NCBI GenBank assembly: GCA_050273025.1
Contig: CP158636.1
Coordinates: forward strand, 1,860,001-1,924,000
From: Cenococcum geophilum
Taxonomy: Eukaryota
Reading direction: 5' to 3'
DNA: 64,000 bases
A program made the position numbers and the translations under genes. The stretch's first letter is position 1, and the number at the start of each line of letters is the position of its first letter. Shown piece after piece: positions 12,181 through 26,930 of the stretch. The notes under the pieces were generated by a model. It was not told the DNA's origin. It worked only from the letters and a program-made list of their open reading frames with translations, and made no database searches.

Positions 12181-12627
12181 GCTAGGCCTAGTTAGGAAAT
12201 CAGTATATAGCTAGTGGATTATTAGGAATATTACTAATTAACAATTTAGAGCCTCTATAAGAGGCTTCCTACTTATTTTAATTAATTGCTTAATAACCAA
12301 AATTTAAAATTTAAAACCTATTATTATTCCTATATAAATATTACAGTTATAGAAAATATTATAGTAAAAAGATATATTATAATTTTTAAAATTAATATTA
12401 TTAATCTTACTAATATTGCTAATATTGCTAATGTTATTAATATTGCTAATATTGCTAATATTATTAATATTGCTAATATTATTAATATTGCTAATATTAC
12501 TAATGGGGCCTAGGGCTAGCGTAAAGAAGTATATATAAGTAGATTAGCGGATCTAGCTAAAATAACCCTAGGCTAGCCCTAGGCTAGCCCCTAGCTAGCT
12601 CCTACTACTCTTCCATTTTCCTAATAA

Positions 12628-15600
12628 AAGGGAAATAGTAGAAGGGTCTAGCAATTTGCTAATAAGCCGCCTATAACTAGGTAGGGGTATTTAGTCCTTA
12701 AGGGGCTAAAATAGGGCGTATCCTTTAATATCCTCCTATTAGATCTTATATACTATTTAAAACTATTAAAGAATTCCTTAACGTATAAGCTATTTTACTA
12801 TTACCTATAGGCCTCTACTTATAGAGAGTATTTAAGTAATATTATTTATACCTATACTAGTAAATAGCTAGTCCCTTACTAAGCGGTAGCTATAAAATAG
12901 TAATATATAGTATATTAACTAAATAGGCCACCTATATATATATTAAGGTAAGATATTTAGAATATAGATGCTTATTAGCTATATATTTAGGCCTAGAACC
13001 TTTATCTATAGTAAAAAGGCGGCTATAATATTTTACCTTTATTAGTATTAACTATAGAGTATTCTTTATAACTACGTCTTATATTTTTACTACCTCCTTC
13101 TATTATTACTTCTATTTAAGATCTATTTATCTTATACTTAGTATAGTAGATCTCTATTTATATTAGTAACCTCCTATCCTCTATTACTATTATAGCGCTC
13201 TATTAGTATAGCGCTTGGTCTCTACCTAATAAGCTAATAGTTCCTATATTTCCTTTTCTCTTTTTATTATTTATAGGTAGCGGGCTTCCTAGCTAGTATA
13301 TTTAGGCGTATCGCCCCTTTAAGGGGCTATTGCTTTATATATATATCTCGTTCCTTATATATATTTTAGTACTTATTTTATATTTTCTTCTATTAAGTTA
13401 ATATATAAGTCTAGTAGTAGAACTACTACTTCGCGTTCTAGTATGGCGTGTAGTATTCTCCTATAGGCCCCTATAGTTCTATATGTTTTATAGCTTAGCT
13501 AGTAGCGCTAGAAAGCTTTTTATTAGTACCTTACTACCTAGTTTTAAGCCTTAGATCTAGGAGCTGTATAGCACTATTAGCCTTACTACTACTATATATA
13601 ATAGGCGTATATATTTAAAAGGGAGTCTCTATATTAAAGTAGTAATTTATAATACTACTAAAAATACTACTACTTCTCTATAAGTTGCCTATATAATATA
13701 CTCGTTCTAGTTTAACCTAAAGTCTACCTAAACCCCTAGGACCTTAAGGGTAACTTCTAGTTTTACTTCGCAGCTCTAGATATTTACTATTAAAGCTAGG
13801 TTACTACTTACTTTTTTCTCCTTATAAAGTAGATAAGCTAGTATTTATCTAGTACAAATTTAGCGCTATATTATTTTACCTATATAATATACCTATTATA
13901 TACCTAGTTTAGCCTAGTATAGTTTTCTACTACTATATTTCCCTATATAATTAGATTTATATTATATCCTAGCTATTATTATATATCTCTAGTAGTTTAA
14001 ATATAAAGAAAAGAATTAGAAATAGAAATAGGGGTAATCTCTATAGGATACCTATAGGTATTAGTATTAATTCGCTTTTATAGCCCTAAATTATAATTTT
14101 TATAGTACGCCCTATTAGAAAGGCTTAGATAAACTTAATTATCTAGTTTAATAGGCCCTTATTTTTTAGGATCTATAAAAGTCTCTTATATAATATATTA
14201 TTAAATATTCTGCTTAGGTCTAGGCTTAATATAGTTATAATATATCCTAGGTAAGCTTACTATACCGCTTAAATACTAAAGGTAATTAGGGCGAGGGCTA
14301 AAAGGGTCAATTTTTTCTTTCTTACGCCTATTTATATCTACGGTAGTAGCTCCTATACTTTCACTGCTTCTTATATATATTTTATAACTATCTTTTCTAA
14401 AGGCCTTTTTAGGGCTAGTAGCTTTCTAAAATAGAGTAGTTTTTTTTTAATACCTTTTATAAAACGACTATAGTTATTACTTTAAAGTAATTAAGTAGTT
14501 CGCCTCTCTAAAGATAGGCAGTTATAGTATTAGCAAGTAGTATTACTACTGCTTCTACTATAGCTTTAATTACCTTATTTAGGGTCTTATTTAGCTTTAA
14601 CGCTTTACTAATAAGGAGCTTTAATATAGCGTCTTTTATTTCTTTTACTAATATTATATAACTTATTTTAATAGGTAAGGGGTAGAATTAGCTACTAATA
14701 TTTTATAGGTCTGCTTAGCCTACGCCTAGAAAAAACCTCTTTACTAATATTTTAATTTTTCCTTATTATTATTTATATACTAGTCCTATTCTATTTAGTA
14801 AAGTATAAGTAGGTAAAAGTTACCTAGCGTCTTTCTAGCAGCTTGCCTATTTTACTTTAATTTATACTAAAGTCTCTTATTATATAGTTTAGTAGGGTTT
14901 AAGGTAATTTCTTTTAGGAATTAGCGCTAGTTATTTCTACCCTCTTTTTATATTATCTTCTTAGGCCTATTCTTTAGGGTCTTATAGCTCTATTAGTAGT
15001 AGGCTTTATTTAATATACTATACTATTACCTTACCCTTTTTACGCTTATAAGTAGCTAGGCCGTCTCTAGCAACTATTTATAGTAGGCGTATTTTTTAGG
15101 CTAGGCCTTTAAGTAGTATTCTTCTAAGTAGTTACTTATAATTCTTTAAATAACCTCTAGTAATACCTAGGGTATAGCTACTAGCCTATTAATAACTTCC
15201 TAGGTATACTTTTTTAAGTTAAATTTCTTAATAGCGTATCTCTAGCGAGTTTGTTACGCTAGTACAGTAATATTAAGTATTATCTATATAGGTATATAGT
15301 CTAAGATAATTATATATATACCTTCTAGTCTATAAAGCGCTAGTTAGTTTATAAGTATTTCTTATATAAATATAAAGTCAATTAAACTCTTTTAGGTTCC
15401 TCTTTTTTAGGTAGGCTTGCCTATTAAGGTAGTTAAAGTAAAGCCTTACGTTTTAAGCTTACTTAGTAGGTAAGTCGCCTATACTTTAGCTATAGCCTAC
15501 TATTCTTACTACACTATATAGTATACGTTAAAATTTCCTAGGACTATTACCTTGCCTTTTACTATATTAATAGTATATTAAAATAGTCCCTATATAGCAA

Positions 15601-15930
15601 TTTAGGGTTTATTATCCCTTAGGTTATAAACGTTAATTTAGCTCCTATTAGTAGACTCTTATAGTTTACCTATATTAGGGCTAATAGTATAATAGCTCTA
15701 TACCTATATATTAATGCATTAACTAAGTAGCTAGGTTTAGTTTAAATAGGAGGTAATATCCTTTTATTTAGTATATTTTGCGTAGTTATTTATTATATAC
15801 CGGTTTCTATAAGGCTATTTTCTAATACTTTTTTAGGTTTAGGCTATTAAATAAAAAATATATTACTTTATAGTTTAAGTATCCATAGTTATATTATACT
15901 AATATTAATCTTTTTTATAGTATTAGTTAG
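12628..15930 (-). mobile_element. RIP-degenerate Tad-like LINE ORF2 (APE + RT) relic
   Basis: Mirror image of 23630-26930; see the motifs listed there. Confidence 0.85.
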
Positions 15931-16229
15931 TTTAGTAACTTATAGGTATCTTCTATTCGCCTTTAGGGCGTCTTATTAAGGACTATTATAATTAGAATTT
16001 TTTTACTAGAGTAGGCCTTTAGTAGTATTAGTACTACCTTATAGGCGTTTTATACTCTCCTTTACTACTAGCTAGGTAAAGGGTGCCTCTATTAGGGTTT
16101 ATACCCTAAATCTCTTTCTTTATATAACTATTTAATTACTATTACTTACCCTATTTAGCCCTTTCCCCTTATATATATTTTCCTATAGCGTAGTTATAAG
16201 CTAGTATAATTAATATATTCTATAAAAGA

Positions 16230-18352
16230 CTTTTATAGATTCTAAGAAATAAAGGCCTACTGGATTAGATAATTAAGTTAATTTAAGCTTTTCTAAGAGG
16301 GTATACTATAAAAATTATAATTAAAGGCTATAAAAGCGAATTAATACTAATACCTATAGGTATTCTATAGGGATTACCCCTATTACTAATTTAACTCCTT
16401 TTCTTTATATCTAAACTACTAGAGATATATAATAATAGCTAGGATATAATAATCCTAAGATTTATAAATAATATAAATTTAATTATATAGGAAAATATAG
16501 TAGTAGAAAACTATATTAGGCTAAACTAGGTATATAATAGGTATATTATATAGGTAAAATAATACGGCGCTAAATTCGTATTAGATAAATACTAGCTTCT
16601 TTACTTTATAAGAAAAAGGAAGGTAAGTAGTAACCTAGCCTTAATAGTAAATATCTAAGGCTATAAAGTAAAACTAGAAGCTACCCTTAAGGTCCTAGGG
16701 GTTTAGGTAGACCCTAGGTTAAATTAAAATAAGTATATTATATAGACAACTTATAGGGAAGTAGTAGTATTTTTAGCAGTATTATAAATTACTACCTTAA
16801 TATAGGGACCCTCTTTTAAATATATACGCCTACTATATATAGTAGTAGTAAGGCCAATAATATTATACGGCTCCTAGATCTAGGGCCTAAAGCTTAGCGG
16901 TAAGGTACTAATAAAAATCTCTTTAGCGCCACTAGCTAAGCTATAAAACTAGTACCTATATAGAACTATAGGGGCCTATAGAAGAATACTACGCGCTATA
17001 CTAGAATGTAAAGTATTAGTTATACTACTAGACTTATATATTATTAAACGGTTAATTAAGGATAAGAACTCTATCTATTAAAGAGGGCTTTAGAAGCTCT
17101 TTATATATATTAAATAGGTCTAAATAAGCAAGTTAAAATAGGTAATAGAAATAGGTAATAAGATATTTAATAAAACATTTAGTTATAAGCTAAGGGATAA
17201 CTAAGATATAGTTTATATAGACGATTTAGGTTATTAGATAGTAGTATAATAGTAGTAAAGAAAGTCCGATCTAGGTTAATATATATTAACTTAACTACTA
17301 TATAGAGAGTAGTTATAGTATAAGACTACTTAGTAGAAGAAAATATATAATATATACTAAAATATATATAAGGAACGAGATATATATATAAAGCAATAGC
17401 CCCTTAAAGGGGCAATACGCCTAAATATACTAGTTAGGAAGCCCTCTACCTATATAAGTAATAAAGAAAGAAAAAGAATATAGGAACTATTAGCTTACTA
17501 AGTAAAGACCTAGCACTATACTAGTAGAGACCTAGCGCTATACTAGTAGAGCGCTATAATAGTAATAGAGGATAGGGGGTTACTAATATAGATAGAGATT
17601 TACTATACTAATTATAAGATAGGCAGATCTTAAATAGAAGCAATAATAGAAGGTAGTAAAAATATATAACGCAGCTATATAGAATACCCTATAGTTAATA
17701 CTAACTCTCTTCCTATATAAAGAACTAATAAAGGTAAAATCTATAGCCGCCTTTCTACTATAAATAAAGGTCTTAGGTCTAAATATATAGCTAATATCTA
17801 TATTCTAAATATCTTACCTTAATATATATACAGGTGGCCTATTTAATTAGTATACTATATACTACTATTCTATAGTTACCGCTTAGTAAGGAACTAGCTA
17901 CTTACTAATATAGGTATAAATAATATTACTTAGATACTCTTTATAAGTAGGGGCTTATAGGTAGTAGTAAAATAGCTTATAAGTAGTAGTAAAATAGCTT
18001 ATAGATAAAGGAATTCTTTAGTAGTTTTAAATAGCATATAAGATCTAAGAGGAGGACACTAAATAATACGCCCTATTTTAGCCCCTTAAGGACTAAATAC
18101 CCCCGCCTAGCTATAGGCGGCTTACTAGCGAATTACTAAACCCTTCTACTACCCCCTTTAAATCTTCTAATATACCTAGAAAGTATAGTATATAAGATAG
18201 GCTAGAAAATATAAAGATATACTAGCTAGGTAAAGATAGAATAAATAGAACTAGCTAAAAGGAAATACTTAGGGTTTTCCCCTTAGGGCTTTTTTCTATA
18301 TAGACTTAAAAAGGGACTAAATTAGGTAATAAATAGAATTAATAATAATAAT
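16230..18352 (+). mobile_element. Tad-like LINE relic: RT C-terminal half to 3' (AAT)n tail; mirrored at ~21206-23328
   Basis: De-RIPed motifs GIPQGSP, GFVDDTNL (~16455-16485), KVLGVW.D..L.W and GAYRRTP; ends aatagaattaataataataat. Confidence 0.85.
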
Positions 18353-18413
18353 TATATAGGCGGTTATATAGCTAATTATAGAACCTTCCTAGTATATTAG
18401 TGCTGTATATTAG

Positions 18414-19290
18414 TAGAGCTTTAAAGCTCTATATAAGGTTTTAAGCAGAGCTTTAAGTAGAGCCTTATATAGAGCTTTAAATAGAGCTTTATATAGAGCT
18501 TTAAGCAGAGCCTTATATAGAGCTTTATATAGAGCTTTATATAGAGCTTTATACAAAGCTATGTATAGAGCTTTAACTAGAGCTTTAACTAAAGCTTTAA
18601 CTAGAGCCTTAACTAGAGCCTTAACTAGAGCTTTAACTAGAGCTTTAACTAGAGCTTTAAGCAGACCCTTAACTAGAGCTTTGACTAGACCCTTAACCAG
18701 AGCTTTAACTAGACCCTTGACTAGAGCTTTGACTAGACCCTTAAGCAAAGCTTTAACTAGACCCTTAACTAAAGCTTTAACTAAAGCTTTAACTAGAGCT
18801 TTAACTAGACCCTTAACTAGAGCTTTAACTAGAGCTTTAACCCTTAAGTAGAGCTTTAAGCAAAGCTTTAAGTAGAGCTTTAACTAGACCCTTAACTAGA
18901 GCTTTAACTAAAGCTTTAACTAGACCCTTAACTAGAGCTTTAACTAGAGCTTTAACTAGACCCTTAAGCAGAGCTTTAACTAGACCCTTAACTAGAGCTT
19001 TAACCAGAGCTTTAACTAAAGCTTTAACTAAACCCTTAATTAGAGCTTTAACTAGACCCTTAACTAGAGCTTTAACTAGAGCTTTAACTAGACCCTTAAC
19101 TAGAGCTTTAACTAGAGCTTTAACTAGACCCTTAACTAGACCCTTAACTAGACCCTTAACTAGACCTTTAAGTAGAGCTTTGTGTAGAGCTTTATATAGA
19201 GCTTTATATAGGTATTTATGTAGGCGTTTATATAGGTATTCGTGTAGGCGTTTATATAGGCGTTTATATAGGCTTTTATATAGGCGTTTA
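18414..19290. repeat. 12-bp minisatellite, Y-side subterminal array (heavily RIPed); counterpart at ~20175-21145
   Basis: Tandem agagctttaact / agacccttaact units grading into taggcgtttata units. Confidence 0.95.
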
Positions 19291-22200
19291 TATAGGTAGC
19301 GGAGGAGTAATAAAGTAGGTAATAAGGCCTAGAGTTAGTCTAGATATAATATATTAGCTATTTAGGTGTTTATCTACTATAAATATTAAGAATTAGTAGC
19401 TCTAGCTAAATATTTACTATTTTAGTAGTAATATTTTAGGCGAAATATAGCGGTAACCACTAGGCCGTTCGCAATAATTTTAGTAGCATTAGAATCGCCC
19501 TATAAAGTTTTAGAACATAATATTTACTAATTATTTATAAAAATATTAGCTTATTATTAATTAGTAGCTAAAAAAATAGTATAGCGCGTAAGTTTATATA
19601 AAAATTATATATAAATTGGCGTAAGGGACTAATAAATTTCCAAACCGTGTACTAGATAACAACAATATTAGATAATTAATTTATTATATAAGCAGCTTAT
19701 AATTAGTTAATCGTCTAGGACCGAGATAAGTCTAATATTATCTCAGTCCTAGACGATCAACTAATTATAAGCTGCTTATATAATAGATTAATTATCTAAT
19801 ATTATTGTCGTCTGGTATATAGTTCGGAAATTTATTAGTCCCTTACGCTAATTTATATGTAATTCTTATATAAACTTATACGCTATACTATTTTTTTAGC
19901 TACTAATTAATAACAAGCTAATATCTTTATAAATAATTAGTAAATATTATATTCTAAAACTTTATAGGGCGATTCTAATGCTACTAAAATTATTATAAAC
20001 GGCCTAGTGGTTACTACTACGTTTTACCTAAAATATTACTACTAAAATAGTAAATATTTAGCTAGAGCCACTAATTCTTAATATTTATAGTAGATAAATA
20101 TATAAATAGCTAATGCATTATATCTAGACTAACTCTAGGCCTTATTACCTGCTTTATTACTCCTCTACTACCTATATAAACGCCTATATAAAAGCCTACA
20201 CAAACGCCTATATAAACACCTACATAAATACCTATATAAACGCCTATATAAATGCCTATACAAAGCTCTATATAAAGCTCTATATAAAGCTCTACTTAAA
20301 GGTCTAGTTAAGGGTCTAGTTAAGGGTCTAGTTAAGGGTCTAGTTAAGGGTCTAGTTAAAGCTCTAGTTAAAGCTTTAGTTAAGGGTCTAGTTAAAGCTC
20401 TAGTTAAAGCTCTGGTTAAGGGTCTAGTTAAAGCTCTAGTTAAAGCTTTAGTTAAGGGTTTAGTTAAAGCTTTAATTAAGGGTTTAGTTAAAGCTTTAGT
20501 TAAAGCTCTGGTGAAAGCTCTAGTTAAGGGTCTAGTTAAAGCTCTGCTTAAGGGTCTAGTTAAAGCTCTGCTTAAGGGTCTAGTTAAAGCTCTAGTTAAA
20601 GCTCTAGTTAAGGGTCTAGTTAAACCTTTAGTTAAAGCTCTAGTTAAGGGTCTAGTTAAAGCTCTACTTAAAGCTTTACTTAAAGCTCTACTTAAGGGTT
20701 AAAGCTCTAGTTAAAGCTCTAGTTAAGGGTCTAGTTAAAGCTCTACTTAAGGGTTAAAGCTCTAGTTAAAGCTTTAGTTAAGGGTCTAGTTAAAGCTTTA
20801 CTTAAGGGTCTAGTTAAAGCTCTAGTTAAGGGTCTAGTTAAAGCTCTGGTTAAGGGTCTAGTTAAAGCTCTAGTTAAGGGTCTACTTAAAGCTCTAGTTA
20901 AAGCTCTAGTTAAGGCTCTAGTTAAGGCTCTAGTTAAAGCTTTAGTTAAAGCTCTAGTTAAAGCTTTATACGTAGCTCTATATAAAGCTCTATACAAAGC
21001 TCTATATAAAGCTCTATATAAAGCTCTATATAAAGCTCTATATAAGGCTCTGCTTAAAGCTCTATATAAAGCTCTACTTAAAGCTCTATATAAGGCTCTA
21101 CTTAAAGCTCTGCTTAAAACCTTATATAGAGCTTTAAAGCTCTACTAATATACAGCACTAATATACTAGGAAGGTTCTATAATTAGCTATATAACCGCCT
21201 ATATAATTATTATTATTAATTCTATTTATTACCTAATTTAGTCCCTTTTTAAGTCTATATAGAAAAAAGCCCTAAGGGGAAAACCCTAAGTATTTCCTTT
21301 TAGCTAGTTCTATTTATTCTATCTTTACCTAGCTAGTATATCTTTATATTTTCTAGCCTATCTTATATACTATACTTTCTAGGTATATTAGAAGATTTAA
21401 AGGGGGTAGTAGAAGGGTTTAGTAATTCGCTAGTAAGCCGCCTATAGCTAGGCGGGGGTATTTAGTCCTTAAGGGGCTAAAATAGGGCGTATTATTTAGT
21501 GTCCTCCTCTTAGATCTTATATGCTATTTAAAACTACTAAAGAATTCCTTTATCTATAAGCTATTTTACTACTACTTATAAGCTATTTTACTACTACCTA
21601 TAAGCCCCTACTTATAAAGAGTATCTAAGTAATATTATTTATACCTATATTAGTAAGTAGCTAGTTCCTTACTAAGCGGTAACTATAGAATAGTAGTATA
21701 TAGTATACTAATTAAATAGGCCACCTGTATATATATTAAGGTAAGATATTTAGAATATAGATATTAGCTATATATTTAGACCTAAGACCTTTATTTATAG
21801 TAGAAAGGCGGCTATAGATTTTACCTTTATTAGTTCTTTATATAGGAAGAGAGTTAGTATTAACTATAGGGTATTCTATATAGCTGCGTTATATATTTTT
21901 ACTACCTTCTATTATTGCTTCTATTTAAGATCTGCCTATCTTATAATTAGTATAGTAAATCTCTATCTATATTAGTAACCCCCTATCCTCTATTACTATT
22001 ATAGCGCTCTACTAGTATAGCGCTAGGTCTCTACTAGTATAGTGCTAGGTCTTTACTTAGTAAGCTAATAGTTCCTATATTCTTTTTCTTTCTTTATTAC
22101 TTATATAGGTAGAGGGCTTCCTAACTAGTATATTTAGGCGTATTGCCCCTTTAAGGGGCTATTGCTTTATATATATATCTCGTTCCTTATATATATTTTA

Positions 22201-23629
22201 GTATATATTATATATTTTCTTCTACTAAGTAGTCTTATACTATAACTACTCTCTATATAGTAGTTAAGTTAATATATATTAACCTAGATCGGACTTTCTT
22301 TACTACTATTATACTACTATCTAATAACCTAAATCGTCTATATAAACTATATCTTAGTTATCCCTTAGCTTATAACTAAATGTTTTATTAAATATCTTAT
22401 TACCTATTTCTATTACCTATTTTAACTTGCTTATTTAGACCTATTTAATATATATAAAGAGCTTCTAAAGCCCTCTTTAATAGATAGAGTTCTTATCCTT
22501 AATTAACCGTTTAATAATATATAAGTCTAGTAGTATAACTAATACTTTACATTCTAGTATAGCGCGTAGTATTCTTCTATAGGCCCCTATAGTTCTATAT
22601 AGGTACTAGTTTTATAGCTTAGCTAGTGGCGCTAAAGAGATTTTTATTAGTACCTTACCGCTAAGCTTTAGGCCCTAGATCTAGGAGCCGTATAATATTA
22701 TTGGCCTTACTACTACTATATATAGTAGGCGTATATATTTAAAAGAGGGTCCCTATATTAAGGTAGTAATTTATAATACTGCTAAAAATACTACTACTTC
22801 CCTATAAGTTGTCTATATAATATACTTATTTTAATTTAACCTAGGGTCTACCTAAACCCCTAGGACCTTAAGGGTAGCTTCTAGTTTTACTTTATAGCCT
22901 TAGATATTTACTATTAAGGCTAGGTTACTACTTACCTTCCTTTTTCTTATAAAGTAAAGAAGCTAGTATTTATCTAATACGAATTTAGCGCCGTATTATT
23001 TTACCTATATAATATACCTATTATATACCTAGTTTAGCCTAATATAGTTTTCTACTACTATATTTTCCTATATAATTAAATTTATATTATTTATAAATCT
23101 TAGGATTATTATATCCTAGCTATTATTATATATCTCTAGTAGTTTAGATATAAAGAAAAGGAGTTAAATTAGTAATAGGGGTAATCCCTATAGAATACCT
23201 ATAGGTATTAGTATTAATTCGCTTTTATAGCCTTTAATTATAATTTTTATAGTATACCCTCTTAGAAAAGCTTAAATTAACTTAATTATCTAATCCAGTA
23301 GGCCTTTATTTCTTAGAATCTATAAAAGTCTTTTATAGAATATATTAATTATACTAGCTTATAACTACGCTATAGGAAAATATATATAAGGGGAAAGGGC
23401 TAAATAGGGTAAGTAATAGTAATTAAATAGTTATATAAAGAAAGAGATTTAGGGTATAAACCCTAATAGAGGCACCCTTTACCTAGCTAGTAGTAAAGGA
23501 GAGTATAAAACGCCTATAAGGTAGTACTAATACTACTAAAGGCCTACTCTAGTAAAAAAATTCTAATTATAATAGTCCTTAATAAGACGCCCTAAAGGCG
23601 AATAGAAGATACCTATAAGTTACTAAACT

Positions 23630-26600
23630 AACTAATACTATAAAAAAGATTAATATTAGTATAATATAACTATGGATACTTAAACTATAAAGTAATATAT
23701 TTTTTATTTAATAGCCTAAACCTAAAAAAGTATTAGAAAATAGCCTTATAGAAACCGGTATATAATAAATAACTACGCAAAATATACTAAATAAAAGGAT
23801 ATTACCTCCTATTTAAACTAAACCTAGCTACTTAGTTAATGCATTAATATATAGGTATAGAGCTATTATACTATTAGCCCTAATATAGGTAAACTATAAG
23901 AGTCTACTAATAGGAGCTAAATTAACGTTTATAACCTAAGGGATAATAAACCCTAAATTGCTATATAGGGACTATTTTAATATACTATTAATATAGTAAA
24001 AGGCAAGGTAATAGTCCTAGGAAATTTTAACGTATACTATATAGTGTAGTAAGAATAGTAGGCTATAGCTAAAGTATAGGCGACTTACCTACTAAGTAAG
24101 CTTAAAACGTAAGGCTTTACTTTAACTACCTTAATAGGCAAGCCTACCTAAAAAAGAGGAACCTAAAAGAGTTTAATTGACTTTATATTTATATAAGAAA
24201 TACTTATAAACTAACTAGCGCTTTATAGACTAGAAGGTATATATATAATTATCTTAGACTATATACCTATATAGATAATACTTAATATTACTGTACTAGC
24301 GTAACAAACTCGCTAGAGATACGCTATTAAGAAATTTAACTTAAAAAAGTATACCTAGGAAGTTATTAATAGGCTAGTAGCTATACCCTAGGTATTACTA
24401 GAGGTTATTTAAAGAATTATAAGTAACTACTTAGAAGAATACTACTTAAAGGCCTAGCCTAAAAAATACGCCTACTATAAATAGTTGCTAGAGACGGCCT
24501 AGCTACTTATAAGCGTAAAAAGGGTAAGGTAATAGTATAGTATATTAAATAAAGCCTACTACTAATAGAGCTATAAGACCCTAAAGAATAGGCCTAAGAA
24601 GATAATATAAAAAGAGGGTAGAAATAACTAGCGCTAATTCCTAAAAGAAATTACCTTAAACCCTACTAAACTATATAATAAGAGACTTTAGTATAAATTA
24701 AAGTAAAATAGGCAAGCTGCTAGAAAGACGCTAGGTAACTTTTACCTACTTATACTTTACTAAATAGAATAGGACTAGTATATAAATAATAATAAGGAAA
24801 AATTAAAATATTAGTAAAGAGGTTTTTTCTAGGCGTAGGCTAAGCAGACCTATAAAATATTAGTAGCTAATTCTACCCCTTACCTATTAAAATAAGTTAT
24901 ATAATATTAGTAAAAGAAATAAAAGACGCTATATTAAAGCTCCTTATTAGTAAAGCGTTAAAGCTAAATAAGACCCTAAATAAGGTAATTAAAGCTATAG
25001 TAGAAGCAGTAGTAATACTACTTGCTAATACTATAACTGCCTATCTTTAGAGAGGCGAACTACTTAATTACTTTAAAGTAATAACTATAGTCGTTTTATA
25101 AAAGGTATTAAAAAAAAACTACTCTATTTTAGAAAGCTACTAGCCCTAAAAAGGCCTTTAGAAAAGATAGTTATAAAATATATATAAGAAGCAGTGAAAG
25201 TATAGGAGCTACTACCGTAGATATAAATAGGCGTAAGAAAGAAAAAATTGACCCTTTTAGCCCTCGCCCTAATTACCTTTAGTATTTAAGCGGTATAGTA
25301 AGCTTACCTAGGATATATTATAACTATATTAAGCCTAGACCTAAGCAGAATATTTAATAATATATTATATAAGAGACTTTTATAGATCCTAAAAAATAAG
25401 GGCCTATTAAACTAGATAATTAAGTTTATCTAAGCCTTTCTAATAGGGCGTACTATAAAAATTATAATTTAGGGCTATAAAAGCGAATTAATACTAATAC
25501 CTATAGGTATCCTATAGAGATTACCCCTATTTCTATTTCTAATTCTTTTCTTTATATTTAAACTACTAGAGATATATAATAATAGCTAGGATATAATATA
25601 AATCTAATTATATAGGGAAATATAGTAGTAGAAAACTATACTAGGCTAAACTAGGTATATAATAGGTATATTATATAGGTAAAATAATATAGCGCTAAAT
25701 TTGTACTAGATAAATACTAGCTTATCTACTTTATAAGGAGAAAAAAGTAAGTAGTAACCTAGCTTTAATAGTAAATATCTAGAGCTGCGAAGTAAAACTA
25801 GAAGTTACCCTTAAGGTCCTAGGGGTTTAGGTAGACTTTAGGTTAAACTAGAACGAGTATATTATATAGGCAACTTATAGAGAAGTAGTAGTATTTTTAG
25901 TAGTATTATAAATTACTACTTTAATATAGAGACTCCCTTTTAAATATATACGCCTATTATATATAGTAGTAGTAAGGCTAATAGTGCTATACAGCTCCTA
26001 GATCTAAGGCTTAAAACTAGGTAGTAAGGTACTAATAAAAAGCTTTCTAGCGCTACTAGCTAAGCTATAAAACATATAGAACTATAGGGGCCTATAGGAG
26101 AATACTACACGCCATACTAGAACGCGAAGTAGTAGTTCTACTACTAGACTTATATATTAACTTAATAGAAGAAAATATAAAATAAGTACTAAAATATATA
26201 TAAGGAACGAGATATATATATAAAGCAATAGCCCCTTAAAGGGGCGATACGCCTAAATATACTAGCTAGGAAGCCCGCTACCTATAAATAATAAAAAGAG
26301 AAAAGGAAATATAGGAACTATTAGCTTATTAGGTAGAGACCAAGCGCTATACTAATAGAGCGCTATAATAGTAATAGAGGATAGGAGGTTACTAATATAA
26401 ATAGAGATCTACTATACTAAGTATAAGATAAATAGATCTTAAATAGAAGTAATAATAGAAGGAGGTAGTAAAAATATAAGACGTAGTTATAAAGAATACT
26501 CTATAGTTAATACTAATAAAGGTAAAATATTATAGCCGCCTTTTTACTATAGATAAAGGTTCTAGGCCTAAATATATAGCTAATAAGCATCTATATTCTA

Positions 26601-26930
26601 AATATCTTACCTTAATATATATATAGGTGGCCTATTTAGTTAATATACTATATATTACTATTTTATAGCTACCGCTTAGTAAGGGACTAGCTATTTACTA
26701 GTATAGGTATAAATAATATTACTTAAATACTCTCTATAAGTAGAGGCCTATAGGTAATAGTAAAATAGCTTATACGTTAAGGAATTCTTTAATAGTTTTA
26801 AATAGTATATAAGATCTAATAGGAGGATATTAAAGGATACGCCCTATTTTAGCCCCTTAAGGACTAAATACCCCTACCTAGTTATAGGCGGCTTATTAGC
26901 AAATTGCTAGACCCTTCTACTATTTCCCTT
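23630..26930 (+). mobile_element. RIP-degenerate Tad-like LINE ORF2 (AP endonuclease + reverse transcriptase)
   Basis: Motifs readable through RIP: LVQYNCG (~23655), IALQEP (~23740), VLGDFN.HH..W (~24015), GIPQGSP...ILFLFY (~25505), AKF..DKYQLIHF (~25695), KVLGVWVD (~25813), WGP..K.ARLLY.AVVRP (~25930). Confidence 0.9.

Larger units (their letters stand above)
10919..12626. mobile_element. Non-autonomous TIR element (~1.7 kb, pogo/Fot1-like end) nested in a LINE relic; mirrored at ~26932-28639
   Basis: ta|acgttagaaaaatggggggtagt on the left versus actactcttccattttcctaat on the right. It interrupts the LINE sequence aagatcta|aagggggtagtag, which is uninterrupted at ~34045-34070 and ~55155-55180. 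Confidence 0.6.
7313..19729 (+). mobile_element. Array copy 1: ~12.4 kb non-autonomous TIR-type element (X end to Y end)
   Basis: Left end ttgtctcgttcccagac and right end gtctaggaccgagataa are imperfect TIRs. It is flanked by gtccggta and gtctaata in direct orientation, and carries 12-bp arrays near both ends and LINE relics inside. Confidence 0.8.

Noticed and set aside
12286..12513. 75-aa ORF (and its mirror at 27045-27272)
   Set aside because: AT-rich RIP product containing a 9-bp repeat; no coding signal.
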